This document shows, piece after piece, positions 1-9,095 of a DNA stretch of 64,000 nt; position 1 is the first letter of the stretch, and every line of letters begins with the position of its first letter. The translations under genes and the position numbers were made by a program. The notes beneath the pieces were generated by a model. That model ran no database searches, was not told the origin of the DNA, and saw nothing but the letters and a program-made list of their open reading frames with translations. The DNA lies in NCBI GenBank assembly GCA_963716475.1, contig OY970314.1, positions 628,790 through 692,789 of the forward strand, written 5' to 3'. Source of the DNA: Candidatus Woesebacteria bacterium. Lineage in GTDB: Bacteria; Patescibacteriota; Microgenomatia; UBA8517.

Positions 1-163
1 CTTGATCGGCACGAAAGTGTCACCCGTACTCTAAAATAATAATATTTAAGCGCCTTTTTCAAGAGCAGGTGGTAGCGACAGGCTATTTTAAAACAACAAA
101 ATAACCAGCCCTCCTACCACCAAGAACTTCTACTTAGCAAACATTGTCAACCAACGGCCATTT

Positions 164-778
164 CTAAAATCCCAGGTTTTCCTTAACCAGAATTACTGTT
201 ACTCTTCCCTGTCTGATTTCTTTATTTACTACCAACAGTTTTGAAACATAGCTTCCGTTCACATTTCCCAAACCCCTTTGCCTTTCGGACTCCTTAAGAA
301 GCGAGTATTCATACACTCTTTTAACCCCCTCATCCCAATTTTTAACAATCTTCTGATACCCGACTACCCAAATTACATGCGGGGAAGAATAAGCATAAGG
401 CCCGAGTTGGCTTCCTGTGTTGCTGGCAATAAAAATATGTCCGTCTGAGCTTACCGCATGAACGCTTCCTATTGTCCACTCGGGAGCGGCACCAAGTTTT
501 TGCATGGCAAGTCCCTGGGTGGCTCTGTCCATTTTCATTAATTTTGCTCTTACGGAAGCGTATTTCCCGGATTCGTTGATTTCTTTTGTCACACCGATTG
601 CCTCAAGGGTTTGCGAAGACATGGTCATTACCTCGGCTCCGATTGGAATCAGTTCCAGCACTTTTTCTTTGGCTTTGCCTCCGTTTTCAACAATAAAAAC
701 TTCAAAATTTTCTTTTTTTAGAGAATCCACTGTTTTTTGAAGTGATTCATCACTTGCCGGGCGTGTCCAGTCTCTCAT
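164..778 (-). CDS. LUD-domain (lactate utilization LutC/YkgG-like) protein
   Basis: 204-aa ORF with GSVHAVS.DG...IASNTGSQLGPY and VIWVVG.QKIV motifs typical of the LUD fold. Confidence 0.75.
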   Translation of the reverse strand: MRDWTRPASDESLQKTVDSLKKENFEVFIVENGGKAKEKVLELIPIGAEVMTMSSQTLEAIGVTKEINESGKYASVRAKLMKMDRATQGLAMQKLGAAPEWTIGSVHAVSSDGHIFIASNTGSQLGPYAYSSPHVIWVVGYQKIVKNWDEGVKRVYEYSLLKESERQRGLGNVNGSYVSKLLVVNKEIRQGRVTVILVKENLGF

Positions 779-1332
779 TTCCTTTTCTTTTTGAAGATTG
801 TGAAAAAAGTGATTGAGGCAACCGCAAAGGCGTTAATCACAAACCAGCCGATCAGAATATTGCGGCCCAGTTTGTCGATCGTATCTTCCGTCAATTTTAA
901 GGTTCCGCCGGTAACGACATAGCCGGATATAGATCCGTTTGAATATTTATCGACAACCAATGCCTCCCTTATTCCCGGATAAGGCTGCCAGGTAACTTTA
1001 TCCTGCCCGTTACGTACAACCCAGTCGAAAGTTCTCTGAGGAATAGCCGGAACCTCTCCGTCAAGAGTGGCAGAGGTGACAATGACTTTTTTATTTTGAT
1101 CAAGAATAATTACAAAGGGATAAAGACTCTTGGACAGCTCGGTACTTGCCGGAAGCATCAAAGCCCGTGGCGAAACTCCGCTATTTAATTTATTTACGGC
1201 GTCGGACGACAACTGGAGCGGAACATAATTTGCGCTCATTCTTAGCATTTGCTGCGCAGTTCCGTAAACCATGATCGAAATCAGAGTTACAAAACCCACC
1301 GCAAGTGCCGAGAAGATAAAAATACGCTTCAT
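775..1332 (-). CDS. Two-TM membrane protein with an extracytoplasmic sensor-like domain
   Basis: N- and C-terminal hydrophobic helices flank a soluble domain; TATAAT lies 7 nt before ATG; overlaps the next gene by 4 nt. Confidence 0.6.
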   Translation of the reverse strand: MKRIFIFSALAVGFVTLISIMVYGTAQQMLRMSANYVPLQLSSDAVNKLNSGVSPRALMLPASTELSKSLYPFVIILDQNKKVIVTSATLDGEVPAIPQRTFDWVVRNGQDKVTWQPYPGIREALVVDKYSNGSISGYVVTGGTLKLTEDTIDKLGRNILIGWFVINAFAVASITFFTIFKKKRK

Positions 1333-1359
1333 TCTGTTAATTATACTCCCGTAATAAAA

Positions 1360-2022
1360 TCAGCTTTTCAGTTCACCCACAAAACAATAATGCCTTCGGA
1401 CTGAGTCCTGCCAAATATCCGGAATTTTGAAGTCCTTGAATTCCTTTCGTATTAATTCTTTATTGAAAAGGTAATGTATCAATCCTTTTTCTCCCCCCTC
1501 TATCGGAACATAGGTTCTGGAATCGATTACCTTATATTTATATTTTTGGTGGCCATAACCCTCAATTATTGTAGAATTGGGATAAAACTTTCCGAATTTT
1601 CTCTTTCGAACGGTTATAAAAATCATTCCCCCAGGTTTTAGTACCCGGCTAATTTCCCTAACGGATTTGCGAATGTTTTCAATCTTCCCGTGATGAATTG
1701 TATTAGTGGAAATAACCGCATCAAAAGAATTATTTTTGTACGGCAATTTATTATAAATTGAACCGATATTCAAATCCGCCTGCAGTTTTTCGCTTTTCAA
1801 CCACTCTTTTGTAATCTTAATTCCTTGTTCTGCAATATCGATCCCGGAGACTTTAAAACCCTTCCTGGCAAGAAAGATAACGTGTCTTCCCGTACCGCAA
1901 CCCAAATCCAAAATTTTTCTAAAGTTGTGTTTTTTAAATAAATCCGCAACCTTTACCATGTCCTCATGGGGTTCAAGGAAAACTCTGCCTTGTTTTTTAA
2001 ATATCCTATTCCACTGTTTCAT
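1360..2022 (-). CDS. Class I SAM-dependent methyltransferase
   Basis: ILDLGCGTGRH motif I, FDAVIS and RVLKPGG. Confidence 0.9.
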   Translation of the reverse strand: MKQWNRIFKKQGRVFLEPHEDMVKVADLFKKHNFRKILDLGCGTGRHVIFLARKGFKVSGIDIAEQGIKITKEWLKSEKLQADLNIGSIYNKLPYKNNSFDAVISTNTIHHGKIENIRKSVREISRVLKPGGMIFITVRKRKFGKFYPNSTIIEGYGHQKYKYKVIDSRTYVPIEGGEKGLIHYLFNKELIRKEFKDFKIPDIWQDSVRRHYCFVGELKS

Positions 2023-2064
2023 ACCTGAAGTATACCATTAAGGCTGTTTGAGGTTTTACCGCTA

Positions 2065-2373
2065 CTAGGGTTCAACGATTGGCTGAAGAGGACGGCCTGA
2101 GGCCAATTCTTCTTTCAGGTCTTCTATATATAGATCTACATACAGATCAACAATATCTTTGGGCCAGACTTCTTTCCACCTTTTTCTTCCCGCCTCTATT
2201 GACTCCGGATCTTCATTCGCCACACCAGCTTCAATTAATCTTTGACAGGTGGCAATAATGTCTCCTGACTCTCCACATGATTTTAGATAAACATTTTCTG
2301 CCGGCACATTATTGGCCTCAACCGTATGGGTCGTTCCGAGAGTTACAGGTATCTTTCTATCTTGTTCAGTCAT
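2065..2373 (-). CDS. Hypothetical protein
   Basis: ORF track gives 2065..2400; ATG at 2373 (MTEQ) follows a TACAAT -10 box. Confidence 0.5.
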   Translation of the reverse strand: MTEQDRKIPVTLGTTHTVEANNVPAENVYLKSCGESGDIIATCQRLIEAGVANEDPESIEAGRKRWKEVWPKDIVDLYVDLYIEDLKEELASGRPLQPIVEP

Positions 2374-2429
2374 TGCAAGGCGTATTGTATACCGATACAC
2401 AAGTTTTGGGCAAATAACCGGGCAGGAAT

Positions 2430-2810
2430 TTATTTTTCCAAAAGTTCTTTCAGAGGCCCGAGATAATAGGTTTTCCAGCCGTCGGCAATATCAGCCGCTT
2501 CCCCGTCCGGTACGTTTTCCTGAAATAAATCAAGCTCGGTTAATCCTTCTTTCTGCGTAAGAGTAAAGGTTAATTTCGAAGGCGCATCCCATTCTCCGCC
2601 GAACCATTCCTGTACCAACTCTTTATTCTTGATAACTTTAATATTTTTCCCGTGAATATCCCCTCCCCAGAGGGAAAACTCGGTTCCGATCTTCCCGTCC
2701 ATCCGGGCGGGGCCGCCTCCCCACCTGCTTATTATTTTCGGATCGGTGAGTGCCTCCCAGACTTTATTAACAGGAGCTTTTATTTTGTAAACTTGTTTTA
2801 TGGTTTTCAT
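2430..2810 (-). CDS. SRPBCC/AHSA1 domain protein
   Basis: IKAPVNKVWEALTDP...W and GWKTYYL motifs. Confidence 0.85.
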   Translation of the reverse strand: MKTIKQVYKIKAPVNKVWEALTDPKIISRWGGGPARMDGKIGTEFSLWGGDIHGKNIKVIKNKELVQEWFGGEWDAPSKLTFTLTQKEGLTELDLFQENVPDGEAADIADGWKTYYLGPLKELLEK

Positions 2811-3355
2811 TCAATTTTTTTATACTTCAACAAAGTATCCTCAAATTTACCGTTTCTTACAACTCCACCCGGAAGCAAGCCATAATCAACAAAACCCATT
2901 TTCTCATATAAATTTCTGGCAATTTCATTGGTGGAGAAAACTTCTAAGGTTATAAGTTTTAACCCCGATAATTCTTTTACGGCTTCTTTAATAATCAGAT
3001 CTATCAAAATTTTCCCTATGCCGTCTCCCCTAAAATTTTTTGCTATTGAAATAGCTAAAACTCCGATGTGTTTTTCGGTTTTGTCCATCATGTGAACTTC
3101 GCTTGCACCAACAAGTTCATCGTTATGAAAAACCAGAAGGTGGACAGCCTTTTTGTTTAAAATTGCCTCCAGCCGGCTCTCAAGATATTTCTTTTCACTT
3201 TCCGGTGTTTCTTGCTCACCCTGATACCTAATAAATGTTTTTTCATTTGAGAGCTCATTTATGAAGTTAAGCATTTTTTTCAAATCGCCCGCTTCCGGAT
3301 AACGGATTAAAATCTCTTTCCCGGTATTTGTTTTACCTTGATATATAACTTTCAT
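2807..3355 (-). CDS. GNAT family N-acetyltransferase
   Basis: FRGDGIG acetyl-CoA motif and N..ARNLYEKMGF; start MKVIYQG preferred over 3394. Confidence 0.85.
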   Translation of the reverse strand: MKVIYQGKTNTGKEILIRYPEAGDLKKMLNFINELSNEKTFIRYQGEQETPESEKKYLESRLEAILNKKAVHLLVFHNDELVGASEVHMMDKTEKHIGVLAISIAKNFRGDGIGKILIDLIIKEAVKELSGLKLITLEVFSTNEIARNLYEKMGFVDYGLLPGGVVRNGKFEDTLLKYKKIE

Positions 3356-3588
3356 ACGCTTATCGTCTGGGACTATATTAAAACTTTTTACCATGAATTG
3401 AAACTTGCGGGGGGCATATTGCAGTATCTACGCAATTTAATTTATTTTTTTACAACAAAATTAATAACATGATAATGCTTTTTATTCCAGTGGCCCCTGA
3501 GCCTTTATTCATTCCAGCTGTATTCTACAACATTACAATGTAACCCGGGTTCTCTTGACTTTTTCCGATAAGAAACCAATACTAAGGT

Positions 3589-3927
3589 ATGAAATTAATA
3601 GCCAGACTGGCAATTAACGTTTTTGCCCTTTTTGTAGTTGAATACCTGGTACCGGGATTTCATTTGGCCGGCATCTGGACAGCGGTTGTGGCGGCTGTTG
3701 TCATCGGAGTTGTTAATACTTTCATCCGCCCGATTGTTCAGCTTATCGCTCTTCCGATTTCAATACTGACATTCGGTATAGCGGCCTTTCTAATCAACGT
3801 TCTACTTCTTTGGGGAATATCAAAATTTGTTCCGGGATTTACGATTGACAGTTTTACAACAGCCCTTATTGCCTCTATTCTTCTTTCACTCGTCTCCTGG
3901 TTTATGCATAAGCTCGCGAGGGAGTAA
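3589..3927 (+). CDS. YvlD/DUF360 (phage holin family 4) membrane protein
   Basis: VNTFIRP...LP...LTFG...INV signature and four TM helices; TTGACT-17-AATACT promoter directly upstream. Confidence 0.85.
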   Translation: MKLIARLAINVFALFVVEYLVPGFHLAGIWTAVVAAVVIGVVNTFIRPIVQLIALPISILTFGIAAFLINVLLLWGISKFVPGFTIDSFTTALIASILLSLVSWFMHKLARE

Positions 3928-3986
3928 TCCGTTACCCCACATAATTTTTTAAGGTTTATTTCAGAAAATAATAATATTATTCGGGA

Positions 3987-4322
3987 ATGACAGGTTTAAT
4001 AAAAAAGAGTCTGAATAATCCGGAAGATACTCAGACACCCGAAAAGCTGAAGTCTGAGGTTGTTGTGGTGGATGGCGTTAAGATTCAGCGGGTTACCGTA
4101 GCGCCGGGGTGGCATTGGTCAGAACATTTAAAACCGGTCGTCGGAGGCGACAGCTGTCAGCTGGACCACCTTCTTTACATGCTTTCGGGTAATCTCAGGG
4201 TCAAGATGGAAGACGGAAGTATTGAAGAATTCGGTCCCGGAGATGTAGGAAGAATTCCTCCCGGACACGACGGCTGGAATATCGGGAGTGACGATTTGGT
4301 TTGGCTTGAAATACCGCACTAA
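3987..4322 (+). CDS. Cupin domain protein
   Basis: PGWHWSEH...CQLDH and IPPGHDGW cupin motifs. Confidence 0.85.
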   Translation: MTGLIKKSLNNPEDTQTPEKLKSEVVVVDGVKIQRVTVAPGWHWSEHLKPVVGGDSCQLDHLLYMLSGNLRVKMEDGSIEEFGPGDVGRIPPGHDGWNIGSDDLVWLEIPH

Positions 4323-4558
4323 TTGGGGTTTATAGCCGGCTTTTCCAGATTGTGAAGCATTTTGACGGCCTCGCTGACTCTGGATTTTAGTTCAATCTCG
4401 ACTTCATTTTTGAGAGCATCTTTGGTGATTTTTTCAAACACTTTTTTTGTCAAAGGGTCCTCACACGACAGGAAATCATCATAAAGCTTCAATGCGGTAC
4501 TTTGCGCCTCCCAAACCACGGGGTCAAGGTGACTATAAAGTATAAACTCCTTTGCCAT
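4319..4558 (-). CDS. Hypothetical protein
   Basis: 79-aa ORF starting 3 nt after the mscL stop. Confidence 0.45.
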   Translation of the reverse strand: MAKEFILYSHLDPVVWEAQSTALKLYDDFLSCEDPLTKKVFEKITKDALKNEVEIELKSRVSEAVKMLHNLEKPAINPN

Positions 4559-4561
4559 ATC

Positions 4562-4969
4562 TTACTTCCGTTCCAAAATTGAGGTGCAAAACGGGCACCT
4601 TCTTGCGTCAAGAGGAATAATACTCAGGCATTCGGGGCATTTTTTTGTTGTCGGATCAATCGGCTTTTGCTTCTTTGTTAAGGAAATCAGCTTATTCATC
4701 GGAAGCATAACCAGAAAATAAATAACGAAGGCAATAATAAGAAAAGAAATAAGAGCGTTTAAGAAATCTCCTACCAAAAACTGACTGTGATTAATTGTAA
4801 AACTTAATGTCGAAAAATCGGGCTTTCCACCGATTGCGGCAATAATGGGGGTAATTATATCTTTAACCAGCGCTGTAACAACCGTTCCGAAAGCAACACC
4901 GATGACAACACCAACCGCGAGGTCAACCACATTCCCCTTCAAAATGAATTCCTTAAATCCTTTTAACAT
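4562..4969 (-). CDS. mscL: Large-conductance mechanosensitive channel with C-terminal CxxC..CxxC ribbon
   Basis: FKEFILKGNVVDLAVGVVIG and GDFLNALISF; tail CPEC...CPFC. Confidence 0.95.
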   Translation of the reverse strand: MLKGFKEFILKGNVVDLAVGVVIGVAFGTVVTALVKDIITPIIAAIGGKPDFSTLSFTINHSQFLVGDFLNALISFLIIAFVIYFLVMLPMNKLISLTKKQKPIDPTTKKCPECLSIIPLDARRCPFCTSILERK

Positions 4970-5023
4970 TTATCTAATACGATTATATTGCAAATCCTGA
5001 GAGTTGTCGAAAGATTACAATCG

Positions 5024-5377
5024 TTAGCTTGTCGAAGGACTAACTTCGTCTTCCACAAGACGGAAAGGACCGCTTACCGAGTGGCAGCCAGGCCTATAAG
5101 TATTTGAGTAGTAATCGCAGTCTTCGCTGCGAATAAAAACAAGCATCACTCCGTTGGGTAATTTTTCATAAGAATCCACCATTGAAACATTCTCATGGGG
5201 ATAATCCTGGGGTAATTTCCGTATTTGCTCAGGGGTAATTGTAGGCAACTTTGCTATTTCCCGGGGATCATGAAGAACGGTAACTTCCCGAAAAATATCC
5301 AGTTCACCATTACGGGTTGGCTCATGAATACTAAATACGCTCCTATCCTCCCTGTGTTCAACTTTTTCTATTGTCAT
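5024..5377 (-). CDS. Hypothetical protein
   Basis: 117-aa ORF in a run of co-oriented ORFans. Confidence 0.5.
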   Translation of the reverse strand: MTIEKVEHREDRSVFSIHEPTRNGELDIFREVTVLHDPREIAKLPTITPEQIRKLPQDYPHENVSMVDSYEKLPNGVMLVFIRSEDCDYYSNTYRPGCHSVSGPFRLVEDEVSPSTS

Positions 5378-5398
5378 ACGTTTATTCCCGGTTTTGGA

Positions 5399-5830
5399 TC
5401 ACTCTTTAATTTTGTATATCTTTGGCTCCCCGTCTTCTATACCGGCCTTTAGTTGATTAGACGTGGAAAAAACAAGGAACTGGGTTTTCAGGTGACCGGA
5501 AAGAAGATATCCTCTCATCATCTGTGCCTTTGGATACTTAAAAGGATAAAGTGGATCGTCCCAGCTCTCTTCATGATCAAGGACAGGCCATTTGACAGAC
5601 GCCTCGCACAAAGCTGCCATTGTGTCCTCCGACCCTGTTTCTCTTAAACGGCTTACATCCTCATACCCCGCGTAAATACCGGCTGTTTTTTGTTCGGGAT
5701 TTATCAATACCTTTATACAGGTTAAATGCCTATCACCCTGATTAAACCGGGCATTAAGGCTCTTCGCCAGATCGTAAGCTGTATCCCAATCGTCATCCCA
5801 CTCAGTTGAGACGTGATTTTCTTCCTTCAT
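5399..5830 (-). CDS. Hypothetical protein
   Basis: 143-aa ORF; TATAAT lies 6 nt before ATG. Confidence 0.6.
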   Translation of the reverse strand: MKEENHVSTEWDDDWDTAYDLAKSLNARFNQGDRHLTCIKVLINPEQKTAGIYAGYEDVSRLRETGSEDTMAALCEASVKWPVLDHEESWDDPLYPFKYPKAQMMRGYLLSGHLKTQFLVFSTSNQLKAGIEDGEPKIYKIKE

Positions 5831-5858
5831 GCCTACATTATAGTCTTAAGGGTCAATT
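5823..5858 (-). repeat. Promoter/start-codon direct repeat, copy 1 (copy 2 at 6866-6901)
   Basis: 35/36 identical; minus strand reads aaTTGAC(c/t)cttaagacTATAATgtaggcATGAAGGA. Confidence 0.9.
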
Positions 5859-5889
5859 TTTGGGCCATATTTCGGTGACTTTCATCAGT

Positions 5890-6873
5890 TCAAAGAGAAG
5901 ACAATAATTTATAGTCCGATATCTCTATTGAACGCGATAAACTAAAGCCGTCGGTTTGATCAACCGGTTTTGACTTAAAATCATAGGTTACATTTTTTCC
6001 GTCATGACTGCATGTAATTCCCATAGCAACTTCTACTTTGTTATCAATATTAATCTCAACTGTATTTTCATTGTGATTGTATCCGTACCCGGCTCTTTCC
6101 AAAAAGTGGACCGCCCTTCCCGGTCCTTTTACTGTTACCGTTTGACCATATTTAATTTTTGAAAGAGCCTCGATAGTCATTGCTTTATCAAAATAAAGTA
6201 TTTTCCTGCGATCTTCGGAATAATCCCCATCGGAAGATGTTTCCGGAGTGTGATATCTGTCGAAAACTAACTCACAGGGGGTTTCTAAATCGTTGAGATT
6301 ACCAAAATTAGGGACAACAGGATCGTTCAGAAAATCATAGACCATGTTTTTGTAGGCGTACTTCAGATTTCTCCTGCACACAAAAAGATCCAAAGATATA
6401 ATAAACCCGTCTATTCCTATTTGCGGCGGGGTATTCCCCCCGTCACTTTTTTCGGCTTTGGGGTCAGTTTCGCTTATTGTAAAAATATGCATATCTTCTC
6501 TTTTTTTGAATCCGAGATGAAGTGAAACCCTCTCGTTATTTCTGTGAAGCTCGCTTCCGTCCTCGCGTCCATAAGGCCAATCCACATAGTCCGTATATCT
6601 ATAGCCCTCAACTTCCGTTTTTCCGAGTTTTATTTCGGATGCTTCCGCATTAAGAATCAAATCGTTTATCGCCTCTGCGGGAAAGGTGTAGTAATCTACG
6701 TCGTGGACGCTTCCTCCTCCGCTTTCGTCAATCGTTCCCGGAGCCATTAAGTAAGTAGCCTTGTTTGCTTCACGATTAACCCGAAGATGTTTCGGATAGG
6801 GGAGGAATTTGTTTATCCCGGCAAGCGCTTCGTCAACGACTGCTCTTTGCCGTTCGGATATTTGCTCCTTCAT
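5890..6873 (-). CDS. Hypothetical protein
   Basis: 327-aa ORF; same promoter and first codons as 5399..5830. Confidence 0.7.
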   Translation of the reverse strand: MKEQISERQRAVVDEALAGINKFLPYPKHLRVNREANKATYLMAPGTIDESGGGSVHDVDYYTFPAEAINDLILNAEASEIKLGKTEVEGYRYTDYVDWPYGREDGSELHRNNERVSLHLGFKKREDMHIFTISETDPKAEKSDGGNTPPQIGIDGFIISLDLFVCRRNLKYAYKNMVYDFLNDPVVPNFGNLNDLETPCELVFDRYHTPETSSDGDYSEDRRKILYFDKAMTIEALSKIKYGQTVTVKGPGRAVHFLERAGYGYNHNENTVEINIDNKVEVAMGITCSHDGKNVTYDFKSKPVDQTDGFSLSRSIEISDYKLLSSL

Positions 6874-6901
6874 GCCTACATTATAGTCTTAAGAGTCAAT
6901 T
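6866..6901 (-). repeat. Promoter/start-codon direct repeat, copy 2
   Basis: Matches 5823-5858 at 35/36. Confidence 0.9.
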
Positions 6902-7002
6902 ATGGGGTGAGACTTTTGACCGGAGGAAGTTTCCAACCGGCGACGCAATCAAGAGTTCAAATTCGGTTGGCTCCTATTTACACCGATGATAGAATCAGAA
7001 CT

Positions 7003-7353
7003 GTGGTAGAAACACCGAACTTGTGGAGTCAGGTTGAAAATGTAGAAGGCCCGTTTGGTCCAAGATTGTCGGGCGAACCTGAAATTGTTCACGAAACCCA
7101 GGATTTCCTTAGAGAACAGGGAATACCGATTAGTCGGGCGCAAATACAAATTATTTTGGAAAGTGTCCCCGATGTCTTTCCTGAAGGTTGGTTAGATCCG
7201 GGAACATTTGAACAACTATCTGACAAGCAAAAGGAGGTTGGCTACAAAATAATCGAGGCTAATCCGAAAGTTAGGGTTTATGGGCTCGGGGTCCAAAAGG
7301 TCATCGAATTTGCAGTTTCCTACAGAAATCAGTTTGGACAAAAAACTAAATAG
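7003..7353 (+). CDS. Hypothetical protein
   Basis: ORF track gives 6787..7353; in-frame GTG at 7003 lies 7 nt after TAGAAT. Confidence 0.5.
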   Translation: MVETPNLWSQVENVEGPFGPRLSGEPEIVHETQDFLREQGIPISRAQIQIILESVPDVFPEGWLDPGTFEQLSDKQKEVGYKIIEANPKVRVYGLGVQKVIEFAVSYRNQFGQKTK

Positions 7354-7386
7354 CTTCTTCAAACTTCTCCGGATATTCTTCAGATT

Positions 7387-7629
7387 TTAAACCTGCTTGC
7401 GGCGGTTAACGGAAGCAATTACTGAAACCAATAAACAAACTGCGGCTGCTCCTATTATCAACAAAATAAAGCCAAGAAAATAAACCGCGCCAATCCCCTT
7501 AATTACCGAAAATTCATTTTGCAGCTCCGGCTTTATTATCATTTCGCACTCTCCCTGGACAAGAAAAAAGCCGATTAAAGAAAGAAACGCCAGCAATAAC
7601 AGTTTGAGAAAGAGTAAGAGTTTGAGCAT
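7387..7629 (-). CDS. Small two-TM membrane protein
   Basis: Two hydrophobic helices; starts 5 nt after the upstream gene's stop. Confidence 0.55.
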   Translation of the reverse strand: MLKLLLFLKLLLLAFLSLIGFFLVQGECEMIIKPELQNEFSVIKGIGAVYFLGFILLIIGAAAVCLLVSVIASVNRRKQV

Positions 7630-7634
7630 CTCTT

Positions 7635-7892
7635 TTAGCGCATTTTATTCCATACCCGGGTTGCAACCCAACCGAATACGTAGCCGACTACAAACGTCAT
7701 GACTACCAAAGCAATCGCGGTTAAGCCGTTAAACGATCTGACTTGTAATGGACTATTAAGGAAATGAAGGCCGAAAATAAAATTCAGCCATCTTTGGGCC
7801 AAGCCGAGAGCTACCATAATGACCCAAACCAGTTCACAAAAACCGATTATAAGTCCGCTATAAAGTCCGACTGTTTTAGGATTAAACTTCAT
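7635..7892 (-). CDS. Small membrane protein (DUF5676-like)
   Basis: Start MKFNPK at 7892 preceded by GGGAGG; TM-loop(IFGLHFL)-TM layout. Confidence 0.6.
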   Translation of the reverse strand: MKFNPKTVGLYSGLIIGFCELVWVIMVALGLAQRWLNFIFGLHFLNSPLQVRSFNGLTAIALVVMTFVVGYVFGWVATRVWNKMR

Positions 7893-7905
7893 TTTTCTCA
7901 CCGCC

Positions 7906-7979
7906 TCCCAAGTGAGATAGCTCTTAGAGGAGCATCTCACGGGATCCCGTTGGATGCACGATGTGCTATCCAACTGGGA
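7906..7979 (-). promoter_or_regulatory. Putative structured 5' leader made of two inverted, covarying hairpin units
   Basis: Units at 7906-7944 and 7945-7979; lies between a TAAAAT box (7989-7994) and the SD of 7635..7892. Confidence 0.55.
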
Positions 7980-8044
7980 CCTTCTTTCATTTTAAACCAT
8001 GAAGCAACAAATTACCTTGCTTCCCTCAGGAGTATAATTTAGTT

Positions 8045-8515
8045 GTGAAAAGAGAAGCGAAAGATTTGTGGAATATACCGATTAAGGATATACCGACATT
8101 TCTTAATGCTCGGATCGAAAAAGCTGCTAAGTTTGTAGAAAATAAAATCAACTATTACAGGAAACGTCCCGGTTTATTTCGTTCGAATTTAAATTCATTT
8201 TTTTATAGAGCAAAATACAACCTGCAAAATTATATAGATCCACCCCCGCCTCAGGGGAAAAAAGAGCGGACCGATGATTACTTTGACAGAATCGACCCCA
8301 AATATGGCCTTCGGTTTTACAAGACGATGGTCAATATTGCGTTAAATATTGACTTGGGTTACGCCTTGGAGCAAGTTAAAACAGCCTATCGTGATAAGAA
8401 ATCAAGGGATTTAATGAAAGAATTTGTAATAAAGGTGGCGGAAGTCGAGCAAAAAAATAAGGAACAATACCAGAAGTTTTTAATCAGAAGCGAAATTCTG
8501 AAGAACCAGGGTTAA
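8045..8515 (+). CDS. Hypothetical protein
   Basis: 156-aa ORF; GTG start lies 6 nt after TATAAT. Confidence 0.65.
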   Translation: MKREAKDLWNIPIKDIPTFLNARIEKAAKFVENKINYYRKRPGLFRSNLNSFFYRAKYNLQNYIDPPPPQGKKERTDDYFDRIDPKYGLRFYKTMVNIALNIDLGYALEQVKTAYRDKKSRDLMKEFVIKVAEVEQKNKEQYQKFLIRSEILKNQG

Positions 8516-8654
8516 CTCCTTCTCAAGATTGTCCGCAAATACACCCAAGTCGGAATAATCTTTTGAAACAATTCACTTAACACCTTGAGCCTTAGCACGA
8601 TCGTTGTATTCCGGAACTGACCAATACTTGATTCTATGGTTTAGAATATAAGTA

Positions 8655-8990
8655 ATGGCAATCGAAAACGAAAAGCCGGAAAACGATCCACCGCTTGAGG
8701 GCTTTAATTCAGACTCGAATATGTTCAAATGGGACAGAAATCATCTCGTGAACCCGATAACAACATTTGAACAAACCTTGTTCGACTTGAGACACCCTAG
8801 CTCAAAATTACCTTCTTTGTCCAATCCGAGAATCGGGCCGCCCAGACAAATATCACCAGAAATCGGTTTACAATCTTCAAGTCAAGATTACATAAGGGAA
8901 TGGGATTCCCCGTATTACGACTCTAATGGAAACGTTAAGTATTATGTGCACATCCGCTTCAACTACACAAAAGGGCAATATGAGCCTTAA
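8655..8990 (+). CDS. Hypothetical protein
   Basis: 111-aa ORF; ATG lies 7 nt after TAGAAT. Confidence 0.55.
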   Translation: MAIENEKPENDPPLEGFNSDSNMFKWDRNHLVNPITTFEQTLFDLRHPSSKLPSLSNPRIGPPRQISPEIGLQSSSQDYIREWDSPYYDSNGNVKYYVHIRFNYTKGQYEP

Positions 8991-9050
8991 TTATTTCCCA
9001 AGTCATCACAGAATAGGATTTAAACAGAGTAAGGATTTAAAGAAAAGGAT

Positions 9051-9095
9051 CAAAAATTCTTAATCAGGAACGAAATTCTGAAGAACCAGGGTTAA
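9051..9095 (+). repeat. Diverged copy of the 3' end of gene 8045..8515 (8471-8515)
   Basis: 40/45 identical; QKFLIRNEILKNQG* versus QKFLIRSEILKNQG*. Confidence 0.9.

Noticed and set aside
60-85. T-box antiterminator (aggtggtagcg)
   Set aside because: The match to the T-box consensus is poor, and no downstream terminator or co-oriented amino-acid gene follows.
3589-3927. Prophage, suggested by a holin-family gene
   Set aside because: YvlD/DUF360 proteins are common chromosomal genes, and no endolysin, structural or integrase genes are present.
8516-8630. Minus-strand receiver-like gene remnant
   Set aside because: Too short and interrupted by a stop codon to assign.
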